From: Octopus bimaculoides
Taxonomy: Eukaryota
NCBI RefSeq assembly: GCF_001194135.2
Contig: NC_068985.1
Location: 101,685,800 to 101,727,621 of the forward strand
Direction of reading: 5' to 3'
DNA length: 41,822 bases
The translations under genes and the position numbers were made by a program. The notes under the pieces were generated by a model that saw nothing but the letters and a program-made list of their open reading frames with translations, was not told the origin of the DNA and did no database searches. Within the stretch, counting starts at the first letter, position 1; every line of letters begins with the position of its first letter. Positions 37,434 through 41,822 of the stretch are shown piece by piece.

Positions 37434-37659
37434 CCAAGGAATTTACATCAACAGACGTAAATTAATAGGTATGTACTATGAGTTTTAATTTAGGCTGACC
37501 ACTAGAACTGTAGCTTTAACTTCAGATAAAAGTGTGATGTTGAGACTTCCTTTCTAGCATCTGCTATTCTTCATACTCTCATCAATCTATCTATCTATAT
37601 ATGTATACCCACAAACCTCTCCCGACATGCATACTCCTACTATATTGACTAATATACAA

Positions 37660-37920
37660 CTACTCTGCTACATCTACGTGTTTGTCTTTCCTCCATATTT
37701 TAATATAATATTGATATCCAACCGTCCTTAAGTAGATCAATTGTGTACCATTAATTATAATTTCATATGTTCTAATATCAACCCCAATAATACCAGAGAG
37801 CAAAACTTTCACTGTATATCGTATTCGTAAAAGTCTATGTCGTACAAAATTGTTTGATAAATATACAATTTTTAGTATTTCTGTATTTATGAAATGCTTT
37901 ATCAATGTCCATTCAAGTAG
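37660..37920 (-). CDS. Candidate coding exon (LLEWTLIKHF...IKIWRKDKHVDVAE*), unknown product
   Basis: TTTCATTTTTAATAG acceptor followed by 86 open codons in AT-rich DNA. No strong donor; the frame ends at TAG. Confidence 0.25.
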   Translation of the reverse strand, partial: LLEWTLIKHFINTEILKIVYLSNNFVRHRLLRIRYTVKVLLSGIIGVDIRTYEIIINGTQLIYLRTVGYQYYIKIWRKDKHVDVAE

Positions 37921-38757
37921 CTATTAAAAATGAAAGCTATTAGTTGTTAAAATAATATTATCTGAAATATAAAATTATTTTTCTATCTTGGAAATTTTTA
38001 CCGGCTTTGTAGAGATAGAAAATATTTATATTGGCTAATTCTATATTTACTTGCTTTAGAATGTGAAATTTTAGAGAAATATGAGTCAATGATATTTGCT
38101 TGATTTAGAAACTGAAATTGAAGAGATATATGAGTCAATTTCAATATTTGTTCTCCCCTTATCTATTAGTTTTGTTTACACTAAGAAGCACCAAGGTCGT
38201 TATAATTGCATACAATTACAATAATATATTATATTGTAAATATAATTACACTACACATTACGACCGAGCTTTACTATAGCCATGTGTTCCTCCTTTAGTC
38301 ATTTTAACGAAAACGTAATGAACAGCATAATGTGAATATGTCTCATTCGATCCCCAGTTTTATAAAATGCTTTTAAAAAAAGAGCTCAGATATTAATGAG
38401 CAATATAGTATAGAGACATCTGATGCACTTGATGGTTGATAAATATTTCAAACATGTTAACTGCAATGAAATGTAGTCGGTAGAACAGCAGACAAGATAT
38501 GTTAGGATTCAATTACATTCATTATGATACTAAAGTAGAACTACACCGCTGTCATGCAAGTCAAGCAAATTTAGATACTGTGTAGCGCGGGAACATCATG
38601 AATTAGACAGTATTTTCAGAAATTTTTCCAGATCCTTACCATGGTAAACATTTTTTAACTGTAGTAGTATGTACTTTCTACCATTCTGCGGATTGACGAC
38701 AAACGGAAAACTTATAGATATGCACATAGACACTAGCACAAAGTCCGACATACTCAC

Positions 38758-38843
38758 ATTACATGTGGAGGGATGAGGGGATGTATAAACACTCGTAGCC
38801 ACATATTGTTAGACAGATAAAGGTATATGTGGAGCAATGGCGT
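38758..38843 (-). CDS. Candidate exon (TPLLHIYLYLSNNMWLRVFIHPLIPPHV), phase 0 to 2
   Basis: TTTTACTTCATAG acceptor, GTGAGT donor, one open frame. Confidence 0.3.
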
Positions 38844-39006
38844 CTATGAAGTAAAAGAAGAAAATAGGAGTATTAAATATTATATGTTTCGCATGTCGGT
38901 AAACGTCGATACAGAAGTAGTTCTAATTAATATAATCTCCTTCGGGATGTATCTGTTTTTGTTATGACTACCAATTTGTATTTTTTAATTATTGATTAAT
39001 TATTAA

Positions 39007-39231
39007 CCTGTTTTTGGCCCCGCGAGTACGCCTTAGCGATTATGACTTCGTATCACTAAATCTCTGGAAAACTCAAAAGCACTTGTCCACAGTTTTGGAT
39101 ATGCGGTTTTAAAAAAAGGCAATTAGCAAACCGCAGAGAGACAAGTCTATATGACCACCCACTCTTTCGTCTTCTAGGGAAAAGGTCGAACGAAATCGTG
39201 CCCGCTGAAGCGTACTCGCAGTTTCAAAGTG
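39007..39231. mobile_element. Foldback / MITE-like element flanked by TTAA
   Basis: Nested inverted repeats GCGAGTACGC 39022-39031 / 39210-39219, ACTTGTC 39081-39087 / 39140-39146 and GCGGTTT 39103-39109 / 39128-39134. TTAA lies at 39003-39006 and 39232-39235. Confidence 0.7.
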
Positions 39232-39641
39232 TTAATAGTTCGTCAATAAATGAAGAATACAGAATAGAAATAAGAAAAATAACTTCACTCTTCGACAGAA
39301 ATAAATATATTTTAGAGGAGGTTTTAGTCAATTAAATCCACCCGTTTACTTTAAAAATAATGAATTTTATCGATCTACAAGATGTTTCGGATTTGGACAT
39401 AAAATGTACAGATGTGTGTCTAAACACTGCATGACATTATATCCATTGTGATACTTTTCCTTCTTTCGTCTACTTTTAATGGTAATAATAATAATCTTAC
39501 AAACACTGATAGGAGACCATAGAGTCTATGGTGGCATCTGAGGTACTATATATTCAACATAATTGGCATAAGTTCGCAACCGACGTTTCTTGCACAGACA
39601 CTTGATAAACGAAAGACAAAATAACTATTGATGGTACTCAC

Positions 39642-39701
39642 TTTAGTATTTAACGACCGAAATCTATAGTATAATGTATTCACTCGGGCATTATGCTGTT
39701 T
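39642..39701 (-). CDS. Candidate 60-nt symmetric exon (KQHNARVNTLYYRFRSLNTK)
   Basis: TTGAATTGCAG acceptor, GTGAGT donor, phase 0-0, compatible with 38758-38843. Confidence 0.3.
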
Positions 39702-41738
39702 CTGCAATTCAACGGAAATTGTAAAGATAATATTTACACAAACATCAATAATAACTGTAATGTCCCTTAGCAATACAAATATGTACTTGATCCATTTTTC
39801 CGAAAATTTCCAAGACCTTTTTTCTCTCTCGTTCTCTTTCTTTTCGGGATTAAACGCAACGCTTTATCTGTGAAAGCGTTCCCTTGGGCTTTCTAGTCTG
39901 AATTTCATTCTGCCTCTCATTCCCTATTTATTTTGTTTCCCTTATCTATGTTTTCATTCTCGTATTTTTCTTTTTTTTCTCATGTGTCGCTCTTCTTAAC
40001 ATTCTCTTAATTTCTTCGCTAATATGCATTTTGTATTGATTATTTGTCGTTTTCTTTTCCGTCCGTTTCATTTTCAACTTTCCTTTCATTGTTTTACACT
40101 TTTAAGTCATTATCATCGATTATTCTTCAAAACTCTCGGTTATCGGATAACCTGTGTTCAGTCGAAGGTACAGATCCTTTTAACTCACCAAGTAAATGAA
40201 TCGTGAATCTTACTTTACAGAGAAAAAAATACTATATCTTAAACAAACATGTGTCTTTATAGTTGTTGGAAAACCGCTCGTTTAATCCTGGGTGCTATTC
40301 TTTGATCTTAGTCTAATACATAGGAAGAAACCCATCATCTTCATAAATATTTATAAACAATTTTTGTGAATAATCTGTTCATGGGGAATACTTTGAGAAT
40401 TTGTTTAGTTTGTTTTCTTCTACTACCATATTTTTGTTTGATTTATTTTAGAGTGATAAATTTGCAAATACTTGATCTCGCTAGCACAATTATTCATTCT
40501 CAATGTCAACATTGATAAATCATTAAAATGCGTATGCTAAATGCTAATCATCTCGTGCGCTCGTAGACATATTAATATACTTTTCTATTCAATTCCAAGG
40601 AAAAAAATTAATTTGGAATGCATAAATGTCTGAGGTGTACGTTCCCTTTCAGGAGGTAATTAACGATCCATATTGTTTATCATTCCAAACGTAGGAGAGG
40701 TTTTGATTTGATAATATGTATCTCTAGATCTTCTTCAGAGTCTCTAGTATTCGCGCTACTATCACAAACCTCCATACACTCTTTAGCGAAAGCTTATAAT
40801 TGCGAATTAATAAATGAGTCATATAAAATTTCACATGCAGTTTGGAGGGGAAATGTATTGCTAAACAGTGGAATTTTTGTGAGATGTTTGCATTAATTTT
40901 ATGGAGATTGAACTTGCAATGAATCTTACGACTGTGTCAGCTTCATATCCGGCCAAAAATTAGTTTTAATAGTCTAATTAAGATGCAAATTTTGTAGTTA
41001 CTGTTATGTACTAACTCCTTTTGTACATAACAGTACAAGTAAAATTTGTTCAATAATACTGATAGCTCATGTTTCACAAGAGGATGAGAAATGAGAAAAA
41101 TCGGTTATCAAAAATGCTTTCAATCGCATTCCACTCTCTTTGAATATCGATAATTTTTCTAATGTTTTACATTTTAGAAAGGATATTTTATATTCTGTTT
41201 CACTCAGGAAATCAAGCTGAAAGGATTGATATCATACAGAATTTAAGGAAACGAAAACGTCCTATTTTCCAATATGTTGAACATAATATTTAACGCATAG
41301 GGGAACATGGATTGAAGAAACGTTTATATTACGAAGCTTCCACAGATTGTGATTTTATATGAACTCATATTTTCTGTATTATTTATATACAACTTCAAAC
41401 ACGATGAGTATTCATTAACCAACAATTATATTTAGAATTATCTTAATATTCTCATTCCACATTAAAGCATAATCCCACTGGCATATTCGTGTCCTCCTTT
41501 ATTTTAAATTGTAGTAAATTTTACTTTGCAGCATCTTAAATTTGCTTGTCCTTATAAAATGCGTGCATTACAACAGTGTCATTACTATGTCATATTATTT
41601 GCTCTAATACTCACCTACCCCAACATTGGTGCAGATTTCTTGCTAAATATTAATCATTTTTTTTTTTACAAGCAATTACGAAACATGATCCACTTTTGTA
41701 TATATATATATATAAATATATATGAGCACATATATATG

Positions 41739-41822
41739 CATATATGCATCTATATATATGTATATATATATATATATATACATATATGCATCTATATATA
41801 TGTATATATATATATATATATA
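41739..41822. repeat. Exact 42-bp tandem duplication built from (TA)n
   Basis: CATATATGCATCTATATATATG(TA)10 occurs at 41739-41780 and 41781-41822. Confidence 0.85.

Overview
Eukaryotic, AT-rich, microsatellite-dense DNA with 11 assembly gaps, nearly all at (TA)n/(CA)n/(GAA)n tracts. The repeat families resemble, from memory, those of Octopus; the species assignment is inference, not checked. There is no prokaryotic-type system, and most listed ORFs are microsatellite or N-gap artefacts. The real content is: (i) two tRNA-headed SINE families (called SINE-A and SINE-B here), including a head-to-tail SINE-B dimer and trimer, each enclosed by a single target-site duplication (TSD); (ii) a dead mariner transposase 3' fragment; (iii) a ~225-bp foldback, TTAA-flanked MITE-like element; (iv) a ~780-bp element between trinucleotide microsatellites with an internal diverged ~247-bp duplication; (v) three phase-compatible minus-strand exons (22.5-23.9 kb) encoding a peptide I cannot assign to a family, plus weaker candidate exons. 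The best lead is the SINE multimers, whose junctions recur at GAAA(C/T)G motifs in the SINE head that match the SINE tail repeat.
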